A stretch of 64,000 nt of DNA from Entomortierella parvispora E1425 (GCA_020891255.1 BQFW01000005.1:620001-684000), one strand, 5' to 3'. Positions 47,301 through 59,121 are shown, counted from the stretch's first letter. A program made the numbers and translations. Notes: generated by a model from the sequence alone, not told the origin.

Positions 47301-48740
47301 TTGAACAACAGCACTGCTGCAAGCACCAACTTGGTCATTTCCAATATTGCATTCGGTGGATCCGCTTCCAGCACCTTCCAGATTCTGGACAAGGTCCAGG
47401 TGTCGCTTCCCTTGACTCCTTACATTCAGCAGATCACCAGCCTTGTTGGTGGTTTGTTGTCTGGATCTACCTCTAATACTACCACCCCCGCCATTAGTGT
47501 CACCCAACTGGACATCAGCGCCACTGGTGCTAATGACTTGTCGATTGCTGTTGGTGCCTCGATTGGCGGCATCGGCTCCAAGATCTCGGTCGAGATGCCT
47601 TATATTGGTCTCCAAGTTACCACCGGTGGGGCAGGCTTTGTCTACCCTACGATCAACAACTTGGCTCTCGCCAATGGTCAGGTCTCGCTCACCTTGGACC
47701 TGCCCTTCCAGTCTGCTGCCCAGAGCATTGTCTCTTCACTCTCGACTCCCGTCAGTCAATTGATGTTCTCTACTGTTGGCACCGTTTCTGGCTCCTTGGT
47801 CGCTGGCAACATCTTGTTTGGCGCCTCTGCCAGCCAGGCCTTTAACATTGCCTCTCAGGTGCAGGTGACAATCCAGTTGAACGATGTCTTCCAAAAGGCA
47901 CAGGCCTACCTGAATGTCCACGACTCTCTTCATCTCTCGGACATGAACACAGTCTTGACCACAACTGGTATTTCTGCCACATTGGGTGTGACCGGTATCC
48001 CCTTGGGCACTTTGCCGTTGAAGATGAACTTCCCCATCACACTCTCGGGAGCCTACCAGAACACGCCTATTCTTAACATCCAAACGACAAGCATGTCCTT
48101 GGCAGCCTCACCATGGTCTCTTGGCGCGTCCATCACAGTTGTGGAGCCCGCCTTTGCTACGGCTCTCGCAGGCATGTTGCCCAACATCCTCGAGTGGAAG
48201 AATGCCCTTCAGGGTGTCACTCTCGGAAATATCACCTTGGGTTCCTTCACGGCTCTCGGTGGATTGACCATCACTCCTCCCGTCGTGACGCTTTGGGATA
48301 TCACCCTGCCCCTTGGATCGCTCAGTCCTCACTTGAGCCCGTTGGGCATGGACTTCTCCGTAACCTTCACGAACCAAGGTCCTATGCAGGTGGATGTGGG
48401 TTCAATCGACATTATGGTCCAGCAGGGACCCACCATCGATGTGATCGAGATCACCAACTTGGGTGGACCTATCCACTTGAACAACGCTGCCGAGTCTGGT
48501 GGAGCCAACACCTTGTCCCTGAACGCCTCCCTCAAGTTCAGCTTCTTGCAGTTCTTTGACATCTTGGCCAAGTTGTTGAACCCTGCCCAGAACTTCCAGT
48601 TTGTCTTTAGTATGACCACATCAGCTGGCCAGCCCATGCCCTGGTTGCAAAACTCGTTGAACCAGGTGCCCGCCGCCATCTTTAGCAACTTGTTGCCCAT
48701 CCTCGGCGACGCTTTGTCTCATGTCAGCTTTGGTCTCTAA
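41348..48740 (+). CDS. Giant predicted secreted protein of about 15 tandem ~150-aa beta-rich repeats, 2408 aa (exons 41348-42401, 42482-43630 and 43717-48740)
   Basis: Signal-peptide-like MRSLLATAGIAGLALLSSTFVPSANA. Three long ORFs are joined in frame by two phase-1 GT-AG introns. The core motif (I/L)x(I/V)xY(I/F/V)G...L recurs. A LEA_2/DUF3712-like fold is inferred, not shown. Confidence 0.85.
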
Positions 48741-49169
48741 AAAAAATATTCTGTGATGAGAGTTCTTCCTTTCCCCCTTCTTTGATGATTTTTCCTTCCT
48801 TGGGTTCTTTGACTCCTAGTTTTCGTTATGTGTTCTGTACAATAGAAAGGAATAACAAGATAGAAAAAAAAAAAAAAACAAAAAGAATAGGGAATCTTTC
48901 TTCGCAAGACAATGGGTCCCCCTCCATTTCTCCTTTCTCATTTCCTTCGACTTGTATTTAAAAAAACACCAGCTTCTTTTCGCAATGCCTTTACTTTCCC
49001 CGTCACAGCCTCTCTCGCCCCAATCCCTTGCAAATGTCTTAATAATAATGGCAACTATTTTCACTACTTTTTTTTTTTTGAACTTGCTGTTTTGCGCATG
49101 GGGCCAGGCTATGGAGGCATGGTTGCGATTGGGCCGAATGGATCTGTTCACTATGAGAACAGTTTATTG

Positions 49170-50912
49170 TCATGTCTCCGTCTCTTCTAGCTTCAGTCTT
49201 TCAGTCTCTGGTGCGTCAATGACCGTGATCCTCTGTCCTCTCAACAACACGTGAAACCTCCCTCCGTCATTGACAAGCCTCCATCGTGGGTACACGAAGC
49301 TCTTGCTCTTGGCCGTCTTGGTTGTTTTTTCTATCAGCGGGAAAAAGCCCATCCTCGCGTACTCATCGTTCACGACCCTGTCCACGATATAAATCACCAC
49401 CACGATACAAGTCAAGGTGATCATAAACACAAATGACCAGTGTTCAAACGTAATCCCAGCCTCATAACTATATCCCTGGACCTCCGCAGAGATAATGGCT
49501 GCAAAAGGATAGAGTCGTTCCGTGATATTGCCCAGCAGCTGCACCACATCGTCCGCCACGGTGTCCAAGCTCTCGAGTTTGAATGGACCGCCAATCTCTC
49601 GGGATTGACTCCGAAGGAACTCACTATTTTCCATCTGGTTGGGTGAGAGAGCGTTGTACATCTTGACCATGGAATAGTGAGGGTACGATGAATTCGGTTG
49701 TGCTCCTGTGTTGAGCATGACTGCGATGCGAAGTTCACGACAGGAGATTCTGTGGACAGCTTTGATGGGTCGTTCCGGTCGCGGCAAGTTGACTTCGTAG
49801 AGGACACAGGTGATTTGGGTCGTATTGTCAGAAAGGGCTGAAGGCGCATTGTATGCCACGGTGACTCTGTTGCTGGCCGTGTCCCCGATCAACGGCGGGG
49901 TTGAGATGGAGGCATTGAATGCGTTAAGGATGGGTGTCAGCAAGGGATGGGCAGAGCCGATCATGACCTGCGCTGTCCAGGAAAACGTAAAGTCTTCCAC
50001 AACTGCTGTCTGGAAACTAGCCGTGGTAAATGTGGCCATGACCGAGACTCCGTTCTTTTCCGGATAGCCCACCAGCACTGTCGTCGGCCGCTCGGCCAGA
50101 TATTGGGTTTCGTAAGAGTTGGCGGTACCTGGCGCTCCAGATATGTTGGCGATAGGAATGCTGTTGCCCTCATGGTCATTGTACATGACGGTCCACGGTG
50201 TTTCAAAAAGCATGGTGTAGTCTGCCCAGCTCGCCAAGGTTGTCCTCATCGACATCACTTCGCAATTGTCGGAGGTGGCTTCGCAGGTGGGGGTGCTGTT
50301 TTGAGAGTAGGTGTAGAGCTGACGAGTAAGCGAGATGGTTCCGGGAGTCGGATGGTCGCATGGTACTGGACCAAGATAGTTGGTATTAACGCCACAGATC
50401 GTCGTATTGGTGGCCTGGGACACAACCTTGAAATCGATCCCTTCATCGGTGCAATCCGAGGTATATTGGAGACCGTTGATCGATTGATATAAGTTAGACA
50501 GGACCACCGAATAGTTCCCCCGAGCGAGCAGGAGGAACGATGGAGTGTTGGTGTCCAGCGGATCGTAGGAGAAAGCGGTGCTCCAGGTGCATGAATCGCC
50601 ATAGTGAATGCCTGTGCCTGGTTTGATGCCAGACGTGACAATAAACGGAATTGTTGCGCTGAACAAGACGAGCACCAACATACCGGTGGCGAAGCAACAA
50701 CTACAGCATCCGCGTCGCCTGTGCATGTTGAGAAACTCGTGCAAGAATAGTTTGAGACTGCCAGAGAGGCCACCTGAGGCTGCGACTCGATAGTGAAGAT
50801 TGTTGCTGTCGTAAAAGTTGTAGAGGGAACTCAAGGCGATACCGAACAGGCCAACAAGGACTGTGCAGATGAAACCGATAAAACCCGGTAACTCGAGGCG
50901 CAGGAAGTACAT
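49170..50912 (-). CDS. Uncharacterised membrane glycoprotein, about 580 aa, with two N-terminal TMs, a large loop and a C-terminal TM
   Basis: Uninterrupted 635-codon ORF with likely start MYFLRLEL. Hydrophobic segments FIGFICTVLVGLFGIAL, MLVLVLFSATIPFIV and WSFVFMITLTCIVVVIYIV. The loop carries N-glycosylation sequons and several Cys. Confidence 0.75.
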   Translation of the reverse strand: MYFLRLELPGFIGFICTVLVGLFGIALSSLYNFYDSNNLHYRVAASGGLSGSLKLFLHEFLNMHRRRGCCSCCFATGMLVLVLFSATIPFIVTSGIKPGTGIHYGDSCTWSTAFSYDPLDTNTPSFLLLARGNYSVVLSNLYQSINGLQYTSDCTDEGIDFKVVSQATNTTICGVNTNYLGPVPCDHPTPGTISLTRQLYTYSQNSTPTCEATSDNCEVMSMRTTLASWADYTMLFETPWTVMYNDHEGNSIPIANISGAPGTANSYETQYLAERPTTVLVGYPEKNGVSVMATFTTASFQTAVVEDFTFSWTAQVMIGSAHPLLTPILNAFNASISTPPLIGDTASNRVTVAYNAPSALSDNTTQITCVLYEVNLPRPERPIKAVHRISCRELRIAVMLNTGAQPNSSYPHYSMVKMYNALSPNQMENSEFLRSQSREIGGPFKLESLDTVADDVVQLLGNITERLYPFAAIISAEVQGYSYEAGITFEHWSFVFMITLTCIVVVIYIVDRVVNDEYARMGFFPLIEKTTKTAKSKSFVYPRWRLVNDGGRFHVLLRGQRITVIDAPETERLKLEETET

Positions 50913-52426
50913 CGTGATGACTTTAATCAAGGCGCGCTGGACAGCGAGAGGAGGAACAAGTTGAGCTGACGATGAGAGGAAAGAATGGAAAGAAAAAGGA
51001 AGGAAGGGAAAGAAGAGGAGACCCCAGCAAAGCAGAGGAGGCAAAGGACTTTTCTGAAGCGAAAAGAGCAATATCAATCACCAGAAAGGTGCAAGGTACC
51101 ATGCACCAATCGAACGCTGATCTTGCCACGCCGTGTTTTTTCTCCTCATGCACAGCCTAAAGCTAAAAAATTATTTTGCTCCCATGTGGCCAAAAGAGCT
51201 CGTTTTGGGAAATGTTGGCTGGAGTGACCCTGGGAGATAACACTGCCCGGGGACATGGCTCCTCAATTGCCCGGCTTCTACTCTGACAACATTGCATTTC
51301 CAGAAAATAGCGTATCACAGACTCATACCATGACGCGCTTCTGCCTCAAGTTCGCGCTGCGGCCTTCTTTCCAGCAGTACTTTCCCACCTTCACGACTTT
51401 ATGACTTTGACGTTCTTCTTTGAGACCTTCCCTTCCGAAGTTTCATCTTGTTCGCCACCTTCCCTTCCCGGGGTCATTATCCAGTGGCGTCTATTCAGAT
51501 TATATAGGAGAGAGTAGCCAGTAAAATATTCATGGTTGTGTGTGTTCATTGATCTTCGTGAAGGCCAATCGGCCCACCATCACGTATTTCGACTCTCACA
51601 GGGCGGGCGTGCTTCGGTACATCGCCGACCCTGAAGACAGAGGCATCTTCACCTGCTGTTTTGAACAGTTGTCAGTCTCCAACGATCTTTAGGTTCTTCA
51701 TGACCAAGTGTACCGAACGATGCCAAGTTCGCTCCTCTAAGGGGGGGGGGGGGGGGGAATGGTAACCGTAGTGCCGTATCCTTCCTTTGATGCCAAAGTG
51801 TGTGGACAGTTGTGCAAATTCGGCAGTTATTTGCAGGGTCTGTGCTTCGCTGGTGGCTTGTCTGGACCAGACCAAAGTGTGGGAGAATGAAAGAAAAAAA
51901 GACTTCGACCAAAATGGATCAGTTCCCTTTCTCATCCTTCCCCTGGCCAGGGGCACTGTGCGTTGAACAAAGAGTCCAAGATCAAGGTTCATCGAGTGCT
52001 ATTTCCCGCCACTGTTTCTTCGACTGCTCCACGCAGCAGTGTCATTTAACGTAATGCTCAGTCATCATTCCATTCCGTCAGCGTTGTCTTTGCAAGAGAA
52101 ACAAGAGAAACAGCGGGTCGCACTCCGCGACTTTCTTTATTTTTGTACTATTGCTGTTGCTGTTGCTGCTACTACTGCTGCATGGAAAGGTGGAAGCAGA
52201 GAGAGAGAAGGAGTGATATGTACAAGTATCAAAAAGAACAAACAGGGAACGAAACATCAAAGAGCAGGAAAGGAGAAAAAAAATGCGGGAGGCGCGAGAC
52301 GCGTTCGGGATCCCCTCAAATGGAGGGAAGGATCTTTTTTTTTTTTTTTTTTTTGCCCACAAGCAAAAAGTGGAAGCGCCCCCCCATGCATCCTAAAAAA
52401 AGGGAAACCACTTTTCCCTTTTTCTT

Positions 52427-53470
52427 TCACACAGTGGTGGAAACTGTGGTCGTTGCACCAGTCGTAGGGCCATGATCAGTCTTGTTGTCAAAAGCCTGCC
52501 CAGATATCTGTTGTTCCTCCAACTTGTTGGTGCCAACGCTGCCAACAACCTGCGCAGCCTGGCTTGAGTCTTGAGCCTGGGCTTGCGCCTGAGCTTGGGC
52601 ATGAGCTGCATTGGCCGTCGCAGCATCAATCCCGACCAAAGTCGACGACAGAGGACCGTTCGCTGGCTGTTCGGTGTAGTTGTTTCCATTGTAGTTGGGC
52701 AGAGACGTTGCGTTCGTCGTCGCAGTAGCCGCGGTAGGCACCAAAGGGGTGAACAGAGAGTCGGTCGGGATAGCGGGTAGAACGGGGGCAGTGGTCGCTC
52801 CCGCAACTGTGTGGGTCGATGACACCTCTTGAGGGTTGGTCACCAAAGGTGCTACCGCAGAAACACTCGAGACTTCAGGGGCGGTAGGGGCTGGTGGAGG
52901 TGGGGCACTCAAAGGCGCAGAGTTTGTCACAAGAGACTCGATAAGTTGGTCCGTCACTGGACCCGTCAGGATCGTGGTCACTTCTGGCATCATAGAGGTG
53001 GGTTCGGGTGCCGGTTCCTTGACAGCCTCCAACCTTTGCTTGTCTCCACCTTCCTCCGGGAGTGAGGCAGTAGGCGCAAGAGGAGGAGCAGATGGAGCGG
53101 CGGTTAGGGGCATTTCTGGCTTGGAGATATTGAGGCTGTTTTTGTCTCCGTTTCCATTGTTGATGTGGCCCGTGCTGTCACTGTTACTGCTGCCGAAAAA
53201 AGGATTCGCTTGAAGCTCCTTTGCGTTCGAGGCGTCGTTGAGGATGGTCGGGGTGGGTGCTGGAGTCTGTGGGAGTTGGGCCTCTGCTAAAAGATCCGAC
53301 TCGAGAGTTGTCCTGGGGATCTTGGTAGGTGTCGCAGATGATCCTGCCGAGGTCGAGGACACGGTGCTCTTGCGCTTGAGAGTGGGTGCAGCGGCAGACT
53401 GGGCGTTGACGACATCCTGACGAGGTTGTCCGCCAGCCTGCTTGGAAACTCTGGAACGTGTGGTGACCAT
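52427..53470 (-). CDS. Uncharacterised low-complexity A/T/P/S-rich protein, 347 aa
   Basis: 347-codon ORF starting at ATG, with basic N-terminal segments (MVTTRSR, LKRK, KIPR) and an AQAQAQ repeat. No domain recognised. Confidence 0.55.
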   Translation of the reverse strand: MVTTRSRVSKQAGGQPRQDVVNAQSAAAPTLKRKSTVSSTSAGSSATPTKIPRTTLESDLLAEAQLPQTPAPTPTILNDASNAKELQANPFFGSSNSDSTGHINNGNGDKNSLNISKPEMPLTAAPSAPPLAPTASLPEEGGDKQRLEAVKEPAPEPTSMMPEVTTILTGPVTDQLIESLVTNSAPLSAPPPPAPTAPEVSSVSAVAPLVTNPQEVSSTHTVAGATTAPVLPAIPTDSLFTPLVPTAATATTNATSLPNYNGNNYTEQPANGPLSSTLVGIDAATANAAHAQAQAQAQAQDSSQAAQVVGSVGTNKLEEQQISGQAFDNKTDHGPTTGATTTVSTTV

Positions 53471-53629
53471 TGTGGGGTGTGTATTTAGTGGAATGTAGTG
53501 GTGTTCAAAGGAGTTGCCTGTGTGTCAGCGAGTTGATGTTTTGAAGACTGAGGAGTGAAAGAGTGAAGAAGAAGCGAGAGGAAGGCAAGGTGTGGTGTGG
53601 TGATGTCCACTCCAGTGCCCTCGGTGTAG

Positions 53630-53639
53630 ATCACGTGAT
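53630..53639. promoter_or_regulatory. Palindromic E-box ATCACGTGAT
   Basis: Perfect 10-bp palindrome about 160 nt upstream of the ORF starting at 53470. Confidence 0.3.
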
Positions 53640-54444
53640 ATATGAAGTCATTTTGCCGTACACAGCGTGGCCTGGGTGACCCGCATGATGACGATCATTT
53701 GGATCACCTTGAACACTCTCGGGCTTTCATCCCTCTGACCTTTTTTTTTTTTTTTTTTTTGTGATGAAGACAATGAATAAAGAGTTGGAACTGTCTGTAC
53801 TCGTTGGTATACGGCGCACCATAGAAAAAAAGGACACACTATACGTTTTAATAGAGCACACAAATGGGGTCATTCTTAGGCGCCTGTCTGGGCAAGCGAC
53901 CCATGTCCCGATCTGCAGTTTTTCAGGCCGCAGGAGGAGGGTCACAAGCAATTGAAGCCCTGTATTCGTTTGTGAGACGATAAAGAGAAAAACTGTCTTG
54001 CAGGGAGCAGCGCTTATTTATACCACCGTGACTGTATTTCCTTCCTACAACACAGGTCACAGCGCTCGAAAGTGCACTCTGGGATGAAAACTTTTTCCAC
54101 AAGACGTCTCCGACGGCAAGACCGCTGTCCCAACGGATTGTTGTTGGGCAGTCAATTGAGTTTGCCCACGACACTCCTGGAGCGTTGTTCTCGGTTCAGT
54201 TGCTCCGACGCTGGCACCTCAGGACCTTGCCTGCAAGGGAACTCTTCATTGCAACCTCCTCAGTCAGTTCATGGACAATGTCAAGATTCATACATCGAGA
54301 CGTCCTTTTTTTCTTTTTTTTTTCTTGTTTATTTGGAGAGGAGAGGAGGAGGCGGAGGAGGGGGGTCTAATATACAATGAGGAGTGATAGTAATAGTGCA
54401 AAGGAGGGAGCGGGACAGAGAGCGAGAGGGAAGGATGAAATTCT

Positions 54445-56589
54445 TCAACTCTTGTCCAAATGCAGGATCCATTCCCGAACAAAGATGGATGCTCTCATGA
54501 ACAGCTTGGTCGAGTACTTTTGGAAAACAAAAGACTCGCTGCGACTGCGACGAACCGCTACTACGATGCGCTCCATCCACGGCAACAACTCGTCCTGAGT
54601 GTATCCCGAATAGTGCACCAAACCGTCCTCCCAATCAAAGTTGCCAATCATCCGCCGGGCTAGGCACATGGACGCCGCCGCCAAAACTGAAGGGGGACAC
54701 TCCAAGAAGGCGTGGTCCATCAATGGCACCTCCATCAAGTACTTTGCCACCGTGCGTGAGTGGATATCATAGTTGTCTGCCTTGCTGATCCGTCTCAAAA
54801 AGTTCATCGGGCTTGGGTAACAGATTTGAAAGTCCAGGGCCTGGAGCATGAACCGCTCAGCACTCAGGATTTCATAGTCCTTGAACCCCTCATCTGCCAT
54901 AAATGCAAAGTTGTAGATGGAGGGCGCCATCACCTCCTCGTACTTTGCAGCAACAAAGAGGGCGGTGACACCAACCAATTGGAACTTTGCCGACGCTACC
55001 GTCCGTGAAGAAAGGAACCGGTCCATCAGATTCACGGCCAAGTAGAGCGTTTCGGGCAAGAGGCGGAACTTGTAGTGGACCTCAGACATCCAGTCAATGA
55101 GAACATATCTCATCTTCCAGGCCAAGTGCTTTTGGTTTTCCATATAGTTGGGGTCGGGCATAGTCTTGCACTATTGATTCAATTGGACAAAGCGAAAAGA
55201 GAAATTGTCAGCAATTACACCATAATAAATGGCCAACATCAATAGATGCACCTCTCCACCGCATCCTCCACTGCAATAGCGATTGATCCTACCTCAAGCT
55301 CCAGCATGTACTGGAAGATGTCGGTAACATATTCCGACACCATTAGAGGGTCCTTGTCCTCCTTGTCAATATCGTCCCATTGAGCAACTTCCTCAGGAAC
55401 AGGCCGCCTTTGGTTAACTTCTTCCTCGTGTCTGAGGGCCGCTTCTGAATTCGTCAAGGTGACAGGTACAGGACGGTCGGGTGTGAGATTGGCTAGAGAA
55501 CGCGCCGTCTCCTGCTTAGTCCGTGGGATCTTGATGCTGCTCCTTTCCCTGACAGCTGGAACATCCAGTTTTTGAAACTCGATCTTTCCAAAGTCAAGCT
55601 TCGTCACCGTCGATCTTGCGTCGAGGTTATTGAGAGGAATGTCCCGAAGGGCTGTTTTCCGAGCCACTGGAGGTGGACCTGCTTCTTTTGTCGATGCCGA
55701 AACTGGCTTGATGTCTGTCACTTCTCGCCTCAGTCTGACGACGGGCGCATCGGCCTCCGATGGAGGCGGCCCTGTCGCACGGACCTGAGATTTGGAGGCT
55801 GTGGGCGGTACCTGGGATGTTCCTGACACTTGGGCGTGCGTCCTCTTGCCCAGGATGGGCGCGACAGCATCCTCGGTGGCAGATGGTCTCTTGGAGGGTG
55901 CAGGCGCAGCGGGTGCAGCAGCGGCTGTAGTCGACAGGACCACACGAGACTTTGTCAGTGGAGCTCTCCGGACACCTGCATTCTGTTAGCAAGAGGTTAG
56001 AGAGACGAAGTTGAGATTCACCATCGGAGAAGTATGAAAGAACAAGTGTGGAATTTTGCGGATAGTCAATTTTTTTTTTCAGGCTGCCAGGGAAGTCTCC
56101 GTACGAAGTCGCGTTTTGGACGTGACAAGTGACAACGAAAAAAAAAAAAAAAAAAAAAAACCAAAATACAAGGGGCGGACTTCTGGTCATCAGGGGGGGA
56201 GGGAATGAAGGATGGGAGTGAAGATGGAGCACCACATCAGGGTGGACTATCAGGAGACTTACTTCTTTTCCTTTGACGGGGGGTGCGGTATTGACCGCTG
56301 AGCTGCGGTTGGTAGCATCACCCAGGGCCATGCGGCGTGTTGCGGTTCCTGTATTAGAGGCGGGGACCACGTTGGAGGACTTCAACACATCCGTGGACCG
56401 TCTGACAAAGACGGAGGGTTTTTGAGTGTTGGTTGGAGCAGCAACATTCTCCAGCTCCTGCGCTCGATTACTCTGAACTCGGGTTAGCTGAGAAAATAGA
56501 GAGAAAATGATATTAAGTCATGCAGGTCATGCAATGTAATTAAATGCCGGATAATTCCCAATGAAAATGACACCTACTGGCTGTGCCAT
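54445..56589 (-). CDS. Canonical mitotic B-type cyclin (Cdc13/Clb-like), multi-exon
   Basis: First coding exon MAQP (56589-56578). D-box RMALGDATN. Cyclin motifs DPLMVSEYVTDIFQYMLELE, WKMRYVLIDWMSEVH, LLPETLYLAVNLMDRFL, FQLVGVTALFVAAKYEE and YPSPMNFLRRISKAD. Confidence 0.93.
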
Positions 56590-57443
56590 GACGGTGGCTG
56601 GCTGTATAAAGTGAGGATTACACTACTCAGGTGCAAGACAGACAGGTGTAGGATCTTTACACACTAGAGCAGGGTGAAATGACAAGGGTATAGGCGTTCG
56701 TTGTGTTCTGGTGACGATGTAATGTGGAATGGGCACATGCAGGAGGTATCAGCAAAACAATGATAAATTAGGCCATCAAAAACAGGGGCAGACGCTGGGA
56801 TATCGTACACAATGGACGGCTTGAGGAGGAGGAGGAGGAGGGGAAGGGAGAGGTCGAGGCTGAGGAAAGGAAAAGAGGGCCAGATGATCGCTGTGGGGTT
56901 GGCGAAGACAGACAGCGACAGACAGCGACGGACAGCAACGACGGTGATGGACAAAAGGGCGCGAAACGACCTTGCGCGTGTGGACAACATTGATTGTGTT
57001 GGAGCGAGTCCGTTAAGGGGCGGCGTGCGGCAGGTCGCTTTTTTCAGCCATCTGCAAACAAAAGAAAAGGAAAAGGGAGAGCCACTCTGCATGGAAATAC
57101 AGAGCAGGACACCGTGGCAGGAAATAACCTTTTTTTTCCGCCCCCCGTCTGTCTGTCTGTCTCTTCTCTGTCTGTCTGACTGCCCTTGGCCCAGCCATCA
57201 ATCACATCCATCCATCCATCCATTTGTTGCACACGCATCCCTTTCATCTCATTCTGCATCTCTTCTATCTCCTTCCTCACACGACGCTCCATCTCAATCC
57301 CCATCTCTGTTCCCTTTTCTCTTTCCTCCCAGCCGCACCGTCGACACCCGCTCCCACTTTCACTGACGAGCCAGGCAAACGGGACACTTACACTCCACTC
57401 TCCAACAGACCCCACAAAGAGAGAAAATACAATCTCTACTAGT

Positions 57444-59121
57444 ATGCATTCCCTACAGGGACAGCCACCTTCCTCCTTACAGTACATGCACCAAGCCGGA
57501 ATCACCAACCAGAGCAGACAGGGCGCCGGAGGCCTCTCAGGTGTGGGGCCCAATCAGATGGGCTATGCTGCCGGAGGAATGAACAGCAGCCAAATGGCCA
57601 TGCAGTTGCACCAGCAGCAGCAGCAACAGCAGCAACAACAGCAGCAGCAACAGCAGCACCTTCAGCAACAGCAACAACAACAACAACAACAGCAGCAGCT
57701 TCTCCAACAGCAGCAGAGACAGCAGCAGCAACAACAGCAACAGCAACAACAGCAACAGCAGCAGCAGCAGCAGCAATTTCGACTTGCTAGTATCGAGGAT
57801 GAAAAGATCTACTATCTGATCTTGGAACTCACCAATCCCAACAACCGCGAGCAGGCCCTCCTGGAGTTGAGCAAGAAACGCGAGCAGTTTGAAGAGCTGG
57901 CTCTTGTTCTCTGGCATTCCTATGGTACGCGCCTTTAGCTTGGATGAAAAGTCTTTTTTTCTTTTCTTTTTTTTTGCAAATTGCTAATATCTGCTTTTGA
58001 TGAAATGGTATAGGTGTCATGGCCGCTCTTCTTCAAGAGATCGTCTCTGTCTATCCCCTCTTGGCACCTTCTGGTTTGACTGCCCACGCTTCCAACCGTG
58101 TTTGCAATGCCTTGGCTCTTCTGCAGTGCGTGGCGAGTCATCCCGATACCAGGGGTTTATTCTTGAACGGTAATACGACAACCTGCGCCTCCGGCTTGCT
58201 GAAGGAAGGTGCACCTCCATCGAAAGCCTGGACTGACGACTGATCTGCCATTTTTTCTATTGGTATCCTATAGCCCACATTCCATTGTTCCTCTACCCGT
58301 TCTTGAACACAACCAGCAAGACGCGTCCATTTGAATATCTTCGTCTGACAAGTCTTGGCGTCATTGGAGCCTTGGTCAAGGTAGTTATCATCCCTTTGCC
58401 AACACTTCCGCACAGTCCGCCTGATATCTGGAGTATGCTAACCCGTGGCCCATTACTTAGAACGACAACACCGAGGTGATCACGTTCCTTCTCTCCACAG
58501 AGATCATCCCCCTTTGCCTCCGCATCATGGAAACAGGAAGCGAGCTGTCCAAAACCGTATGTACCTCTGGAAAACTGACAAATAGGCTCATCTGCGGATC
58601 GACGGAATCTTGTCTCTGACAGTCTTTCTTTTTTTGTATTTTCATACAAGGTCGCCATCTTTATTGTACAGAGAATCTTGTTGGATGACATGGGACTGGC
58701 CTATATTTGCCAGACTTATGAGCGCTTCTACGCCGTCGGTACCGTGCTTAGCAACATGGTTCACCAGTTGGTCGACACTTTGGCAGTCCGTTTGCTGAAG
58801 CATGTTGTAAAATGCTACCTCCGTCTTTCGGACAACCCAAGGTAGGCACCTGCCCGTTTAATGTTCGCTCTATCCACCTGCCACACTAGCTGATGGTAGC
58901 TTTATTTGCGCTTTTACTTATACCTGCTGGACCTTCCACTTGTTGAAATTAGGGCGCGCGAGGCACTTCGACAGTGCTTGCCTGAGCCCCTCAGGGATGC
59001 CACTTTTGCCATGGCGCTCAAGGACGACATTACGACCAAGAGGTGTCTTGCTCAGTTGATCATCAACCTGTCCGACAATGGCAACGCCACTGCTACCACC
59101 ACCAACGGCGCGGCCAACTAA
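57444..59121 (+). CDS. CAF40: CCR4-NOT subunit CAF40/RCD1/CNOT9 with N-terminal polyQ (multi-exon)
   Basis: [13 protein letters not shown]...[72 protein letters not shown] and [16 protein letters not shown]. Confidence 0.95.
57611..57777 (+). repeat. CAG/CAA trinucleotide repeat encoding an interrupted run of about 50 Gln
   Basis: Mixed CAG/CAA codons in the first CAF40 exon. Confidence 0.9.

Noticed and set aside
41628-48700. Many 60-190 aa alternative-frame and antisense ORFs inside the giant gene
   Set aside because: They are by-products of biased codon use in one long CDS.
56957-56966. E2F/SCB-like GGGCGCGAAA upstream of cyclin B, with similar sites in DMC1 intron 1 and near 28832
   Set aside because: A 7-mer is expected about 8 times by chance over both strands of 64 kb at uniform composition, and one copy lies by PHO84. 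It needs conservation data.
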